Shown here in pieces: positions 29,901-42,700 of a DNA stretch of 64,000 nt. The stretch lies in the IMG/VR virus record IMGVR_UViG_3300044638_004964, positions 41,962-105,961 of that record; one strand, given 5' to 3'. Position 1 is the first letter of the stretch. Each line of letters opens with the position of its first letter. Both the position numbers and the translations under genes were made by a program. The notes under the pieces were generated by a model. It had not been told where the DNA came from, searched no databases, and saw only the letters and a program-made list of their open reading frames with translations. Origin of the DNA: a virus.

Positions 29901-31598
29901 ACCAAATCCTCTTGGAATTGTAGCCACCCTATTTCCATGATTTCCTAACAATCCGTAGTATGGAATAATTTGTTGATTTAATGATGTTTCAAATTTCCAC
30001 TGATTTCCCAATAATGATGATGCTTGATTTTCTTTTCCGGCTTTTTGTTTTCTTATTTCTAAATCATCTCTATCGGCATTAGCTGAGAAATAATACATAT
30101 CAACTTCTTGTGCGCCAACAATAAACTTGTCAGTTGTAACATTAGATAATTCAAAACCAACATCTTGATTTTCTACATAAATACCTTGCGAGGCAAGATT
30201 ATCGATATACTTTTTAATAGCCCCGTATTCTGGCTGTTTTGATCTATCAATAGCATCAACCCTAATAATTCCAGCTATAATTTCTTTTGGTTTATCATCA
30301 CTCATAGCTGTATTATTAGCACTATGAAATCTTTTGCATGATGGGTGATCAATAATTGGTAATAATGTTACAAATAAATCGCTACTTGTAATATCGCATA
30401 TTTCTAAACATAAATCTAATAGGTTTATTTGATCAAAATCAAAGAAGTAGTAATCCTCTATCTCTTTTAATCCACTTAAATCTACAATATAATTAAAACC
30501 ACGAAAGTTAATATATCCACCAAAACCAGCATCTCTATATTCTTTTGGTATTTGGCCATCGATTCCTAATAAAGAATTAAGCCCCTGTCTTAATCTATAA
30601 TATGGTATTCCTTGGCTACTACGTCGAGCAAAGCCGGTTCCAGTAATTGGAAATCTTGGTGGAAATTCTGATGCACTTTTATATTCGACTCCAGCTATTG
30701 TAAAATTAAAATTAGAATTAGTATTAGTAAAGGTGCTATACATATCATAGCCAGAATAAGAATAGCTCCCATCGCTATTAATATTTTTCTTTAGCACATC
30801 TGTAAATTGATAATTTTGTTGCAATTGTCCAGATAAAGATTCTGTTGGATTATATTCTAAAAATCCATAGATATTAAACATATTTGCATGTTTAAATATT
30901 GTGCCAGCATAGTTATTTAATATCAAAGTAGTATTTGCTAGTATCTCTCTTGGGTCAACAACTTGAACAGAGTATGCTGGATTTGCAGATGGTCCACGAT
31001 TTTGAATATATGACTGAAGAATGCCGCCAAATGTTAGATGATATTTACCCCTGTATATACTATTTAAAAATTTAGTGTTGTCGATAATGGTATTATTTTG
31101 TAAGTTTACATATTGACCATCACCAAGAGATGTGAAATTGTTTTTATCATAATTTCCAACTATAACGGGCGGAACATCTACGAAAGTGTTCGTATTGTAT
31201 ATATCGTCAAAGACTTTTTTGTATGCTTCTTCTACAGATGCATGATTTGTTCCAAATTTAAAAAATACGGGAGAACCTACTGGGGGTGGAGAAAATCTGT
31301 CATATAGCCCATTATGATAGACATCATCGCCAACACCCTGTGGCGATCTATCTGATTTATTATATTCATCGTTTATCAATTCAACGGATAATTGGGAACT
31401 ATTATCTCCAAAGCCCCCATTAAGATTAAAAGATCTTATGGATGCTCCTAAGAATGTTTGTTGTATAAATCCCAAGTTTTCAGAAGTCCAACCGCCAACA
31501 GAAAAACTTTGTGGTATAACACCACTATTTATTGGCCAATTTGTGCCGTAATACCCAGAGGCGGGACTTATAGAATGATCTCCAGCGGGTCTTGTCAT
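26937..31598 (-). CDS. Tail tip / hub-like protein
   Basis: 1553 aa, downstream of the tape measure gene; C-terminal VTNLSVDVSENGVKTT strand plus coiled coil typical of hub proteins. Confidence 0.55.
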   Translation of the reverse strand: MTRPAGDHSISPASGYYGTNWPINSGVIPQSFSVGGWTSENLGFIQQTFLGASIRSFNLNGGFGDNSSQLSVELINDEYNKSDRSPQGVGDDVYHNGLYDRFSPPPVGSPVFFKFGTNHASVEEAYKKVFDDIYNTNTFVDVPPVIVGNYDKNNFTSLGDGQYVNLQNNTIIDNTKFLNSIYRGKYHLTFGGILQSYIQNRGPSANPAYSVQVVDPREILANTTLILNNYAGTIFKHANMFNIYGFLEYNPTESLSGQLQQNYQFTDVLKKNINSDGSYSYSGYDMYSTFTNTNSNFNFTIAGVEYKSASEFPPRFPITGTGFARRSSQGIPYYRLRQGLNSLLGIDGQIPKEYRDAGFGGYINFRGFNYIVDLSGLKEIEDYYFFDFDQINLLDLCLEICDITSSDLFVTLLPIIDHPSCKRFHSANNTAMSDDKPKEIIAGIIRVDAIDRSKQPEYGAIKKYIDNLASQGIYVENQDVGFELSNVTTDKFIVGAQEVDMYYFSANADRDDLEIRKQKAGKENQASSLLGNQWKFETSLNQQIIPYYGLLGNHGNRVATIPRGFGAYQQILLDSTSLNANGVGNYYVATEMELRASLISYERWSEFLQTYNDVYMESTEEDDVLETASLGKTPAPPAGAPGGVIPRPSISQNYGVSVPRSVFDTYTDGAKFGSDDLPSSPCNPPYGYPLYYKRATKIGIASAGLASIQNTYNTILTNLAALQNASADDFSNLVNTQWTAINDGTGPNGIQSAEEQAYYDWLEGIRIAGGNKTNDVIGLIDNTLTDLGKTFKILNRLSKKTSENSRRVYNFVKQVAEECLGKKFLVRIPNEANLFYSPNIQLKDGDTSVNEYDKGPFGFRPRSITYDPYYENSEEFKRKIKSEVDGKLTYNNIRSFLTREDNIAYSQFKGALYSNWNPISEEYEFNYEPSKQGGYIDFDLYENTKGNKSLGVNQGLVPQDIKNFLNDGNRISAYVRFDNSQYLSLDGLSPDSFTQQKIEQNNFIPDILNELDNTKTDKFLSFPNPNDLNKEVPQKTVAFVKCDLDDHFYLIPKTEKKSLSVYGQSVKDIGQYSKPNKIYVCATNSYENSFSYYESHYVPETTDGEIVEVLEFKSVYSDVLKSDIIDTDTKNLDTSHVYALITLPSRISPTMDARFRDSTFQQGNAIALKHILHLDVIKGLRGFDKPTYFGNEPNILNDPNFKFDPMTLDAARAAYKVAQNGLNFAFPQRINAAVPSPVYPDLVVLPLMSKERCYGPWVSSQSDVQAKVYENVAGKVDFIKDENLAPWNYSGYQLMNAAGILQAEFANSLLLQTERGGFVIPSAPFGITLGKELLNGGPLVTNLSVDVSENGVKTTCKMDLYTAKFGKLQKQKQDHISKISRERQKLRDEKNSLIRKGLGKNATRTNYQSIYDNIGSVANMTKNDGLDDIFNPNDQNNIMVATVTPRSNIGHTGRTAGMYGATGSEITSTSYDTQVSLQSNSSLSNTASNFADNLHLARSSYNSAGSSMSDNYYATAKEVFHPNMPCVYDGNFAAKQDMYEDGFDNDNLTIWRT

Positions 31599-31981
31599 AA
31601 TGATTTTCTATATTTTGTATTGTAGATATTAAAACCAGAAACAGCTAGATTATAAAAGCTTGATGTGTCTATTTCAAAAGCGTATGAGGAAATTTCTAGT
31701 ATTCCTTGTCCACCTTTAGGACTTATTACATAATGAATGTATGGATTAAAAACTTTAAAGTCATTTATAGATAGATCTCTTGATAATGGAGCGTTTGATA
31801 GCTTAGTATTTTCTGTAAAGTTAAAACCATTGCGATTTAATACTGGAACTGATGTTGTAAAAACCGTGACTATTTCAGCCTGAGAAATATCTTCAAAATT
31901 GGCTTCTCCAGAAGCTAATATTCCACTTGGATATTCTGAAAGAGATTTTTCCCCAGATGTTAATGGAGTAAATAGTCCCAT
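31595..31981 (-). CDS. Hypothetical virion protein
   Basis: Tightly packed in the tail operon; 4 SG dipeptides in 128 aa. Confidence 0.55.
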   Translation of the reverse strand: MGLFTPLTSGEKSLSEYPSGILASGEANFEDISQAEIVTVFTTSVPVLNRNGFNFTENTKLSNAPLSRDLSINDFKVFNPYIHYVISPKGGQGILEISSYAFEIDTSSFYNLAVSGFNIYNTKYRKSL

Positions 31982-31983
31982 AA

Positions 31984-33732
31984 TTAATGATCCAATTCAT
32001 ATGTCCAATTAAGACTGATGGAGTATCTTCCATCTTTTGGGTTCCAACTTTCCGATGGTGGACTCAAAAAATATTTTCTAATTCCCGGCTCATTTGCTGG
32101 ACTTAGTGCGCTAATCAATTCATTAATCTGAGTTCTAATTGGCTCATTTAAACTAGGTTTCGATAACACAAAACTATTTCTATTTCTACCATATGGTAAA
32201 TCCGTATAATCTACTACAAATTCGATTCCAACGCTTCTTTGATATTCTGTGCGACCACCAATGTATTGTAAAATTGGTCCGGTTTGTCTACCAAGAACTG
32301 GAATTACAGCAAAAATATCTCCGGGATAAGTATCATTAATAGAAATATTTTCCGATAATACGCCCGACATGTAATTCATGGGACGATTATCAAATTCAAT
32401 ATTATACGTTATCTCTCCTGTGAATTCATTAACTCCCAAACTTAAACTTTTTGGTTGAGCATTTAAAACAGGGGCAACAGAATTGTCCGCTCTTTTATAC
32501 AATGATGATGTTAAACCATATTGTCCGTTATTACTAATTTCACGATATTTTGCAAGAGCATTTTGATATGGGGAGATGCCTACCGGTCCAGTTCCACCAT
32601 ATAAAGATCCGCTAGATGGAACAGTGCTTAATCCTTTAATACTTCCCTGTATTGATACTGATATAAGTGGAGCATCTAGACTACTACTAATATTCATATT
32701 ATAGTTTTCATATGCCGTTCCACTTGATAATAACCAAGTGTCAACCAAACTATATTGACCGTTTGTTTTGTCAATACTTTCAGTTCTTGAATGATTATAT
32801 CCTCCAAAAGCTTGAGAAATATTAAGAAAATCTTTAGCGAACACTTGTTCTATATCAAGGCTAGGGTATTCATCATATCCATTACTAGACTTAGCTATTT
32901 TTTTCTTTATGAAATTCTTAGCTTGTTGCCATCCCTCATATCTATGAACTTCGTTAGACTGTCCCGATGGGGCATATGTTACTTTACCTGTTGCTGAAAT
33001 ATTTCTAGTAAGTCTATAAGTTCTAATGCTTGTTATACCTATATTATTTGATGTGGTATTTGTTACTGCATTTTGATCATCTACTTCTATTGACCAATTT
33101 TCTGTAAAATCTTCTATAAAGCCACCAAACTCATTGATTAAATCTGTTTGTTTTTTTCTAACATTAGAATTGTAAAAATTGGTATTAGCATCAGCGCCGC
33201 CGGTTGCGAAAGTACTACCCAGTGATCCATCTACAAAAACTTTGTTCTGCTCGTCTAATAATACATCAGCTCTTAAGGTGATTGTATATCTACATGTATT
33301 TACATATATGCCTTCTTCAAAATTAATTGATTGAACAGTTGGATAGCATGTAATAATGGGTTCATCAGATCCACCGCTATCAGTATTTCCAGAATCAACA
33401 GAAATTGGTAAAATTTCTATTTTTTGACCATCAAGAGCAAATAATTCTCTAAGAGCGTTTTGTTTTTGTAGTATTGATCTTAATTTTTGATCAAACGGTA
33501 CAATTTGTCCGCTTGGTCTAGTATAAACGCTAACAAAAGAGCCGCTAGGCTGAATAGTATTCGCTACATATATTGGCGATCCTTCATCGTCAATAATCGT
33601 ACCAGTAAGAGTAATGTCATAGGTGCCACCAAAAGTACCAATTTTATTCCTTTGTGCGGAATAGGATATGGATACGAACGGGGTTGGTCTAATGACACAC
33701 GGAGACGTATGATTATAATATACTGTTATCAT
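31984..33732 (-). CDS. Distal-tail-like protein
   Basis: Repeated beta-rich units (YDITLTG, LTRNISATG, VSIQGSIKG); position after the tape measure region. Confidence 0.5.
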   Translation of the reverse strand: MITVYYNHTSPCVIRPTPFVSISYSAQRNKIGTFGGTYDITLTGTIIDDEGSPIYVANTIQPSGSFVSVYTRPSGQIVPFDQKLRSILQKQNALRELFALDGQKIEILPISVDSGNTDSGGSDEPIITCYPTVQSINFEEGIYVNTCRYTITLRADVLLDEQNKVFVDGSLGSTFATGGADANTNFYNSNVRKKQTDLINEFGGFIEDFTENWSIEVDDQNAVTNTTSNNIGITSIRTYRLTRNISATGKVTYAPSGQSNEVHRYEGWQQAKNFIKKKIAKSSNGYDEYPSLDIEQVFAKDFLNISQAFGGYNHSRTESIDKTNGQYSLVDTWLLSSGTAYENYNMNISSSLDAPLISVSIQGSIKGLSTVPSSGSLYGGTGPVGISPYQNALAKYREISNNGQYGLTSSLYKRADNSVAPVLNAQPKSLSLGVNEFTGEITYNIEFDNRPMNYMSGVLSENISINDTYPGDIFAVIPVLGRQTGPILQYIGGRTEYQRSVGIEFVVDYTDLPYGRNRNSFVLSKPSLNEPIRTQINELISALSPANEPGIRKYFLSPPSESWNPKDGRYSISLNWTYELDH

Positions 33733-36700
33733 TATTTTCCTCTGATACGCAGATTAAGTGTGTCAGTATCTGTTCCTATCCCACTAGCAAACAGAGTCAA
33801 ACCAGAATTAGATATTACCGTTGGATCTGGACAGTCGGTAAATAAATACAGGCCAGACGGTATGCCCGACGCAAAACCCGTTATAGAGCTAGTGTACATT
33901 CCTAAATTATTATACACAAATGCGTTATCATCAACATTTGTATACATATTCATATTATTATCAATATCTACAGCTTTACCAAAATTGGTTAATATCATAC
34001 CTTGGCTAATCGGAGTACCATACATATACTGGCCGTCTATCGCAAAAATGTACGGTCTGTGCTGAATAAATCCCTTAGTTACTGGATCTTGCCCAGAAGC
34101 TTCAAGGAAAATCTCACCTTGATTATTACTATAAATAACACCACTAGCAAGATATGATTTGTTATTATCGCTATTATTCTTAAAGCTGATATTAATTGTT
34201 GGATTTCCGTCGATTAAAGTTTCTCCAAAAACCCTAGCATTGAGGAAACTATCCTTGCTGGGGCCAGATGCTGGCTGTTCTCGTAGCATAACGTCTAAAG
34301 CGTAGGATGCTCCAGCACCATTTAGTGGCTGAGTTGATGAATGATTTCCGCTTATGGCATACTGATGAAATGGTGAGCCTACGACAATCGAATAGTCTGA
34401 ATCGGTTCTATTAGCCATGTCTATAGCCACAGAATCCCCATAATAACTATTAATACGTTCTCTTGAATTGTACCCTTCGGCAACAGATTTTTGAACTAAT
34501 GTCCACTTTTGTTTTCTTGTTGGCCAATCAATAATTCTATTTTCAAAAGTAAAAATAGCACCATTATTTAATGATATATTTCCACTTGTTCCAAAGGCAT
34601 CTCTATTGGATTTACTTCCTAAGTCATAGAATGATAAGTAGTAATTGTCGAATTCTTTGTTGAAAAATTTCACGCCAAAAGAACCAGAATTAACAATTAT
34701 ATGATTTTCATAATCATGTCCGGGAGCGCCAATAACCATTGTATCATTATCAATAGCAACATCGTAGCCAAATCTATCACCTACGATTGAGTTTCCAGAG
34801 TTGCCGCTGCCAATGTTTATACTTTCTGGTCTAAGTTTTTCAGTAAATTCCCAAGGAGTTTTTGCTCCAAGAAGGCCGCTACCATTGTAGGTTTTTTCAA
34901 AAATATAAACTGATCCTGCGCCACCATTATATCCAAGTTGAATACCAGAAGATAATCCTCCACTAACATAGTGATTCCAAGGATTTATAGATTCATCAGA
35001 AAATGCAGCAAATGGTGAGCCAACGACCAATTTATTGTTATATAGATCTATTGAGTAACCAAATAGATCGCCGGGGTATCCAACTGAAAATCTATCAAAA
35101 TTTAAATAATCGTATCCGGTCTTCTTCATTAATTCTGGCATACCTCCAGCGAAAGAAGCGTCCTCATACAATACGCCTTCTATGACTCCACTAAATTTAG
35201 CTGTTGCTCCATAAGCACTTTGTAGATTTGCAAACTCTGCTATTTTTTGTTTTATAATTTTTTGAATTTCTTCAAAATCCATTGCATTATTATATGGTTG
35301 CCTTGTTCTTAAAACATACCTTGGATCATACTTGGATTCTTTATCGTCAAAATTTGATAATAGCGATTGAGACGTAGAGCCATTATTAAATAGATAATTA
35401 ATTCCACTACTATTATATAGTGCGTAGTATTTCTGAGGACTTCCCCTTTCTGGAGCTATAATTTTCGTCATGGTGTTAAATTGTCTACCAAAATTACTAT
35501 TTCTTGGTGACGTTGGATACATACTTGTTAGAAAACTAATTGTATTTTGTGAAATTAAATCATTTTCGTCTATCATACATGGACCTTGAACAAAGCTAGA
35601 ATCAGCAAGAACTGTAATTCTTGATCTATTATTTCCAGCTAAGAAAGATGATATTGATTCTTGCGCTGCTACCACTGGTCCATCAGCAATTAATTTGTCA
35701 TTCATTTTGTTTTCAATGCACCTATCAGAAGAACAATATTTTGTATTATCTGTGCTAATAGGTCTAAAGGCTGAAAATGTTATAGTTTCTTCTGGAATAG
35801 CTTCTCTGGTTTTAATCTCATCGAAACCATCAAGAATTGGGATCTTTGTAACTTGTGTCAAAACAGTTTCTATAACTGGAATTGATGCTCCAGAAACTGC
35901 TAATAGCCTAGTGCTTTTTGGTGCGTAAGTTTTATTTTGATTTAATAATCTTTGATTGTTGCCATCAAAGTACATTGTTAGTGCGGACATTCCACTCGGT
36001 ATTTGAACATTTATAGAATATGTATTGACAAATCCAATCGTAGCTGGAGATAAACGTCTAAAAACGCCCACTGGTGCGTTTTCAAGAGTAACGAATTGAT
36101 CACTATTAATATCTAGATCTACTATTGGGGAAGACCTAGGCATAGTTGGATATGGTAAACCAGCTTCTGTATTGGCATTTGATATAAAGACATTTAATGG
36201 CTCTGTTTCACTACTAGTTTCAGAAACTGTGTCAACAAATATTTTATATCCAGATCCAGCAATTACTGGGAAACTAACCTTCGCAACGCCGCTTTTCATT
36301 TGCCAATATCCAATTAACTTTCTTCTGGTTGCCTTTATGGAATCATCTGCATAGCAAACCCTATTATTTATATCTTGAGTTTTGATAGGGACAAATCTTA
36401 TCTGGCTTATTAATTGATATGAGGTTATCTTTGTTTTTCCATTGCCAGATAGATCTGATGATTCATTAAATGCTAAAGTTTGAAATCTTGTTTGTGCAAC
36501 TGGATATATATTATCTTCATCTAAAAAGTGTGGTGTGATTGAAATACCCAATAGTGAGCAAAGTTGTGATGCTGTTCTAGCTTTACTTTGCACACTGGAA
36601 AGATTATTACCATCATATGTTATTACTAGTTTTTTATTTCCGATACTTAACCAATTCTTAATGGAGTTGATTTCCTCGTTATTAGGTAGAGTATCTGGAT

Positions 36701-39700
36701 TTGCTATCCAGCAAATATCGTGTGTTGAATATAGTGTTTGTACATTTACATCAACGGTGTGTCCAAGGTTAATAAATAATTGATTTAAGTGAGAGTCATT
36801 GTAACCGTCTCGGAAATTTGTTCTATTCGTCCATCCACCAAGTTGTGCTATATTAGATTTTAAATTTTCAGTATTATAAGCTATGTTGGCATAAAAGTTT
36901 ATATTCCTATCACCTTGACCATTATATAGCTGTGATCTAGATTCTGTTACAACGCCAGCGATTAAAATAACTTTTGACGATGAAGCTTCATAGTTTTGTT
37001 GGGCGCAATATGTTGAAAAATCATCCAAGACAAATCTTTCTATAACTGTTCCTTCTCTAGATGTAGCAGATGACTGTAACAAAGAATCTCTATCATCAAA
37101 AAGCTCTGGATCAAAAAATCGCCCAAGACTATTTGTATTTCCATAATTTGTATTTAGATATGTATAATTTCCGCTACTCGATGACCAGATAAACTCAATA
37201 CCACTTCCGATGTTTGTATTATCAAAATTGGTAAATGATGTTGATTCACTTCGTGTTTCATATCTATATCTTGGAAAAGATTCGTATCTTGCTGGAATTG
37301 CTGGATATGTTATAGTATTTACAACAGATTCTGCCGCAACTAATAATGGAATTGGTTCTAAATTTGTAAGATCATATCTTGGTGCTGATATGTCTGATTG
37401 AGAGCAACAATCTGGAGTAAAAGTCTTGAAAACTAATGGCCAATTAACTGGATAAATAATCGTTGGTCCAGAACATCTATCACATTGCTCTAACCATTCC
37501 GCTCTTAAATCGCCATTGTGTATAAGTGGCATTTGACATTCGTGATTAAGAGGATTATCCCACATATCTTTTAAGTCGCATGGCATAGTATATCTATAAT
37601 CTGGCAAATGCATTCTAATATCAGCAACGCCGTAGCCTCTTAAAGTTTGTGGCTGAATATAAGTTGATGCTCCTTGTGATGGTCTAAAGGATGGAATTAC
37701 ATTGAAATCACATCCAGAAACTAAAGCTTCGTATTCATTTCTAGCTGGATGAAGTCTCATTCTAGATTTTAATCCAGATAAAATTTTATTAATTATATTA
37801 TTTGATTTTAAGTAAATTCCATTATTTTCCCATAATGGATCATTGCCAACAAGCACTAGATTCCTATCTCCAAGCTCTAGCCACTTTATAAGTTTATCTA
37901 AAATTTCTTCGCTGAGAGCGTCGATTTCTGGCGTAATAATAAAAGCTAATCCAGCTTCTTTTGGTATATTTAAATCTGAAAATTCTGTTTTTTCGAAATT
38001 ATAATTTTGAAAAATTTGAGACAAGTATCTAAAATGTCCACTATTTTCTGGAGAACTAATGCTTTCTTCTAAGTTTCCGAACTTTGTGAATTCTACAACT
38101 TTATTATGAGGATAATAATTTCTAGACTCAAATAATCTTACTGCTCCAGCATTGGTATTTGATTGCCAACTTGACTTTATAGGTCCATTTAAACCATCGA
38201 TATTTAATGGTTCATTATATCCATCATTCTTATACCACACGTTGCCATCATCCCACTGATTTAAACTATCAGTTGGTGAACCAAAAGCTACGATAGTACC
38301 GTCTTCGTTAACAGCAACACTATATCCAAGTCTTGGTGTTGGAAGGAATCTTTGCGGGATAAATTCCCAAGTTCCAAGTATAGACAAATCTGAGTATCTG
38401 AATGATTTGATATTTATATATTCATTGATATTTAAGTATCTTCTAGCTTCGAATCTTTCTGTTGTATTTAAAGCAACATATAGAGTTTTACCAGCTTCTA
38501 ATAAACCAAGACTTGCAACGTTAGTTATATATTCTAATCTAAGTTTTGCGTATCTACCTATGCCACCGCTTTGAGAACTCTTTAGATTGATCCAAGGGCC
38601 AATGTCATTGTATAACCTTACTTTTTCATCGTTATTATATTCATAAATTTCACAAGCGTTATTGATATAAGGTGATCCAATGGCTATTACTTCTGTATTA
38701 TTACTAATTGCTACAGCGTGTCCGAATCGGTCTGGAATACCATAAGAATCTGCTGGAGAATCTATTTGTTGAATTAAACTCCAAGTTCCACTTTCTTTTT
38801 CAAATATATAAACTTTACCGCCACTAGTTGGCACATAATTAAATTCACCCAAATTAGGATTGAAGTATTGACTTCCAACACCAGATGTGATGTACTTTAC
38901 TTGATCGTTAAGCACAAGTCTTCCAGTATCAAGAGTATGGTTAAGGATATCTTGACTCATTTTTATCCAATTTTCAGCATCATTAAATGTTGGAACAAAT
39001 TCTGTAATCGCTCCAGAAGATTGAGTTCCATAAAAATCAGATACTCCACTTTCAAAACTATATTGCTGATAGTATGAAATAAATTGATCTATTGCGCCAC
39101 CACCATCTCCATTTAAAGACTCTTTACCTAAAGACGCACTATTGTCAACATAGAATCCAACTATGGGTGGTATATTATTATTTATTAAGTCTTCATTATA
39201 TGGGAATGCTTCATTAAATGCTTCTTTAATTCCACTAAGTATTTTCTCTGTTTGTAAGTCACTTCCTTGTCTACGATGAATCCTCTTTTTGGTAATGAAT
39301 GTTGGTTTTGGATTTGGGAATTCTTCTGATGGTGCGCTTTCAGTATCGTCAAGGGTTGGTTCCAGTATTATAAGCTTTACATCAAATGCTGTTGATGGAC
39401 TTGAAAAATATTTAAAGATTACGTCTTTATCTTTTATGCTATTGAGAACATCGACGTATGTTCTAGTGCTTTTTCCTTGGCCTACAATTGGTGTAAATTC
39501 ATCAGTAAAAATCATTAATCCAATTTGAACACTTGATGGATTTACGCTTTCAAACGTGCGCGACCATAGTGAACTTGGTCCACCAACAACGAGAACTTCT
39601 TTATTTGGTTCATGTAAAGAATTATTTCCAGAATAAATTGCTAAATCTAAAGAATGTCCAAACTGTCTACCTTCTTGTCCAACTTTCCAATATCTTTCTG

Positions 39701-42700
39701 TGATTGGCTCAAATCCAGCAACTAGAGTTCTTGTTGCTGTTGTGTAATAATCTCTGATATAACCAGATGGCAAATTAATTTGTTCTTCTAATACCCAAGG
39801 AGATTTATGTTCATTGATATTTAATGACCAAGAATTTCCGCTGGGCGCTGGTAGTCTTCTATAAAGAAATACTGTTCCAGCATCTTCAAGGACATAATTT
39901 ACTGGATCAGAAACACTACTAAGTGGCGAACCAATTGCTATTAGATCATTGTTTATAGCAACTGATTTACCATATTGAGCATTAACTTGTCTTCCACTTG
40001 CTACATATGGTTCATCGCCAATTAATTTAATTCCAGATTGACCAAATCCTTGAATATAGTAATTTATATCTTCTATTTCTGGTGGAACTGATATATAGTT
40101 GTTGCTTCCGGTTTTTCCAGTAATAAAAACTTTATATGGAGCATTTGGTATTAGATCTGTATATTTTCTAATACCATAAAAATGTCCACTATAACCTATT
40201 GGTGAATTAAATCCGCTAGTAGATAGATTGGTATATGTATTTTTTGCTCTAAAAATTCCACCATCAACGCATAAGTCGTTATACCAAGTTTTATCATGAA
40301 TAGTGAAACTGCTTTCTTGACAAGAATTTTCTGTTCCACAATTACCGTAACATATTAAGTCTACGCCGCGAATTTCGTCATTAGCACTTAGTGTTGAATA
40401 TTTATTATCATCAACTGATATGTTCTTTCCAACGTTATCACTATTCCAGCTAATTCCGGCTTGTTGTGCAGTGTCTTGATTGTATGCTAAATAGTTTATT
40501 ACGAATAATGGTAGACTATCTTCTAGTTTAGTAACTGTGTAATCTTGTGCAGCAACGTATAAATTTAAAGAATTTTCTGCGCTAATAAAGACATCTCTTA
40601 GCTCTGTATATAAAGACATTCTACTGTTTGGATAACGGCTATCTCCAGCAGTATTTGAGAATGCGTATAGACCTAATGAGCTAATACTGTAATCAGATAT
40701 TGGTTTATTACTTAAGAATAAAGAGATATTTCCAGAGGTTGTTGGTGATGATAGTGAGTTCTTGGTAAATAGATTGATTCCCTGTTCATCGAACTGATTA
40801 AATCTACCGTCAACGAATAATATTGGACCAAAAGATGGAGAAGCTCCAAAAATATCGAACGATGAGTAGTTGCCATCTGAACTATCAATGGTTCCAATAT
40901 TCAATGTGTAAAGCGGTAGAGTTCCACTTGATAATACCGCTCCAGAACACATTAGATTCATACCGTATCCATTGTTCCAAACGGAAGATGCTGTTGGAAT
41001 GGGCATTCCGCTGGAAAATAAATTCAACCCACCAACTCCACTTGCATTATCCAATCCATACGAATACAGATTTATGTTTGCCAAGGATATAGATTCACCA
41101 CTACACACAAGATTAAATTGAGTATTATTACTAGGACCGGCTGTTACGCTATTAGCTTCAACGAGAGCATTTTCTAGTCTAACATTTGCACTATGGATTT
41201 TAATAGTAGCATCAAATGGAGATCCACTAGGATATACTAAGTCATATTGCAAAAACATATCATTAATATCAGTAGAATAATACTTTGTATCAAATTCTGA
41301 TGTGTTTCGCTCTTGATCAAAATTAGCCCAAGGCTCGCTGGTGTCGATTAAATCGTTAAAATCAAAAATACTTGATAGTTTTTCCCAACAACCAGATGGG
41401 GCTAAATAGTGGGTGTGTCTATTAATTAGACCCCAATTTACTTTGCTTGGTCTATCAACAGGCTCTTGATTTTTAGTATATAAACTTACAATTAACTTGG
41501 GGCCGATATTGCCATCATTCCAAACTACATTGTCTAATGTTTCGTATTCAATTATTGTATCAACAACCATAGCGCGTTCTGCAAAGTCGTATCCTCTTGG
41601 TAAGGTTTTGCATATTCTTGGTGGCAAAGACAAGAAATTTGGATTTGCATCTGGAATATCAGATAGATTAAATCTTAGGAAATCATTTTCTATTTGAGTG
41701 TGATAGCATACTCCAGATGTTGGAACGCTTGATGGAAGAATAGAATCGGTTGTCAGGTTATATGCCGATCCATCGTGTTTTAATCGGTGAATTATATAGT
41801 CAGCACCAACTCTTTTTGTGAATGAGTTGTATGCTGGTGAAAATGCGCATATCTTAAAAGCTCCAAGATTCCATTCTGATGTATCATCATCTACATATTG
41901 CCATAATTTAAATTCATCTTTATCATAACTCTCGGATGGATTCCAAAATTTATGCTTAATGGTTTCAAAGAAATGCTCGACTTGCATTTGTTTGTATAGT
42001 AAATCGACTTGTCCAGCATTATTATCTATTAAGTTGGTTCCGTCATCGTTATATGTAGAGATGCCGATATCAGTGATAAATAAATTACTACCAATGCCAC
42101 TGCCATCACTGTAGCCAAACTTTAAATGACTATTACCAGAGGTCAATATGAATGATGATGATTGATCTCTCAGGTGATGGAATGTATTTGTTGAACTTTT
42201 TTCGTTATCTGTATAAAGCTTTAGCTTATTAGATAGGTTGTCATTGTATGTTAAAATAACAGATATTGGGTATTGATATTCGTAATAATATAAATTATCT
42301 TGAACTTTTTTAATCGATCCATTTGAAGCTCTAGCATAACCTGTTAAATGGCCATTTTCATATCCCAAACTAAACTCTAGATTTTGACCACTATCATATT
42401 TAGCAAATATTATACCACTATTCCATAGATTATATCCAACGCCACTCATATTGATATCTGGACTAAATCTTGCAAAAATAGAGAATCCACTAACAGTATC
42501 GATGTTTCCAAAATCAATATAGCCAGTATTACCAGAAACTCTTACGGCATTGTCATACGAATCTGATATTAATCCATATAAAGAATCATTCTCGTAGCCA
42601 TCTATAGAAGTCCAGTCTATAGTTTTATATGGTGTATTTTCTGAAAATAGCGATGTTGAATTGAATCTTAGTCCAATGTTTTTGATTTTATTATACGATC

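Noticed and set aside
33487-34065. 192-aa + strand ORF and the other short antisense or nested ORFs in the track
   Set aside because: They shadow long coherent genes and have no motifs or SD sequences.
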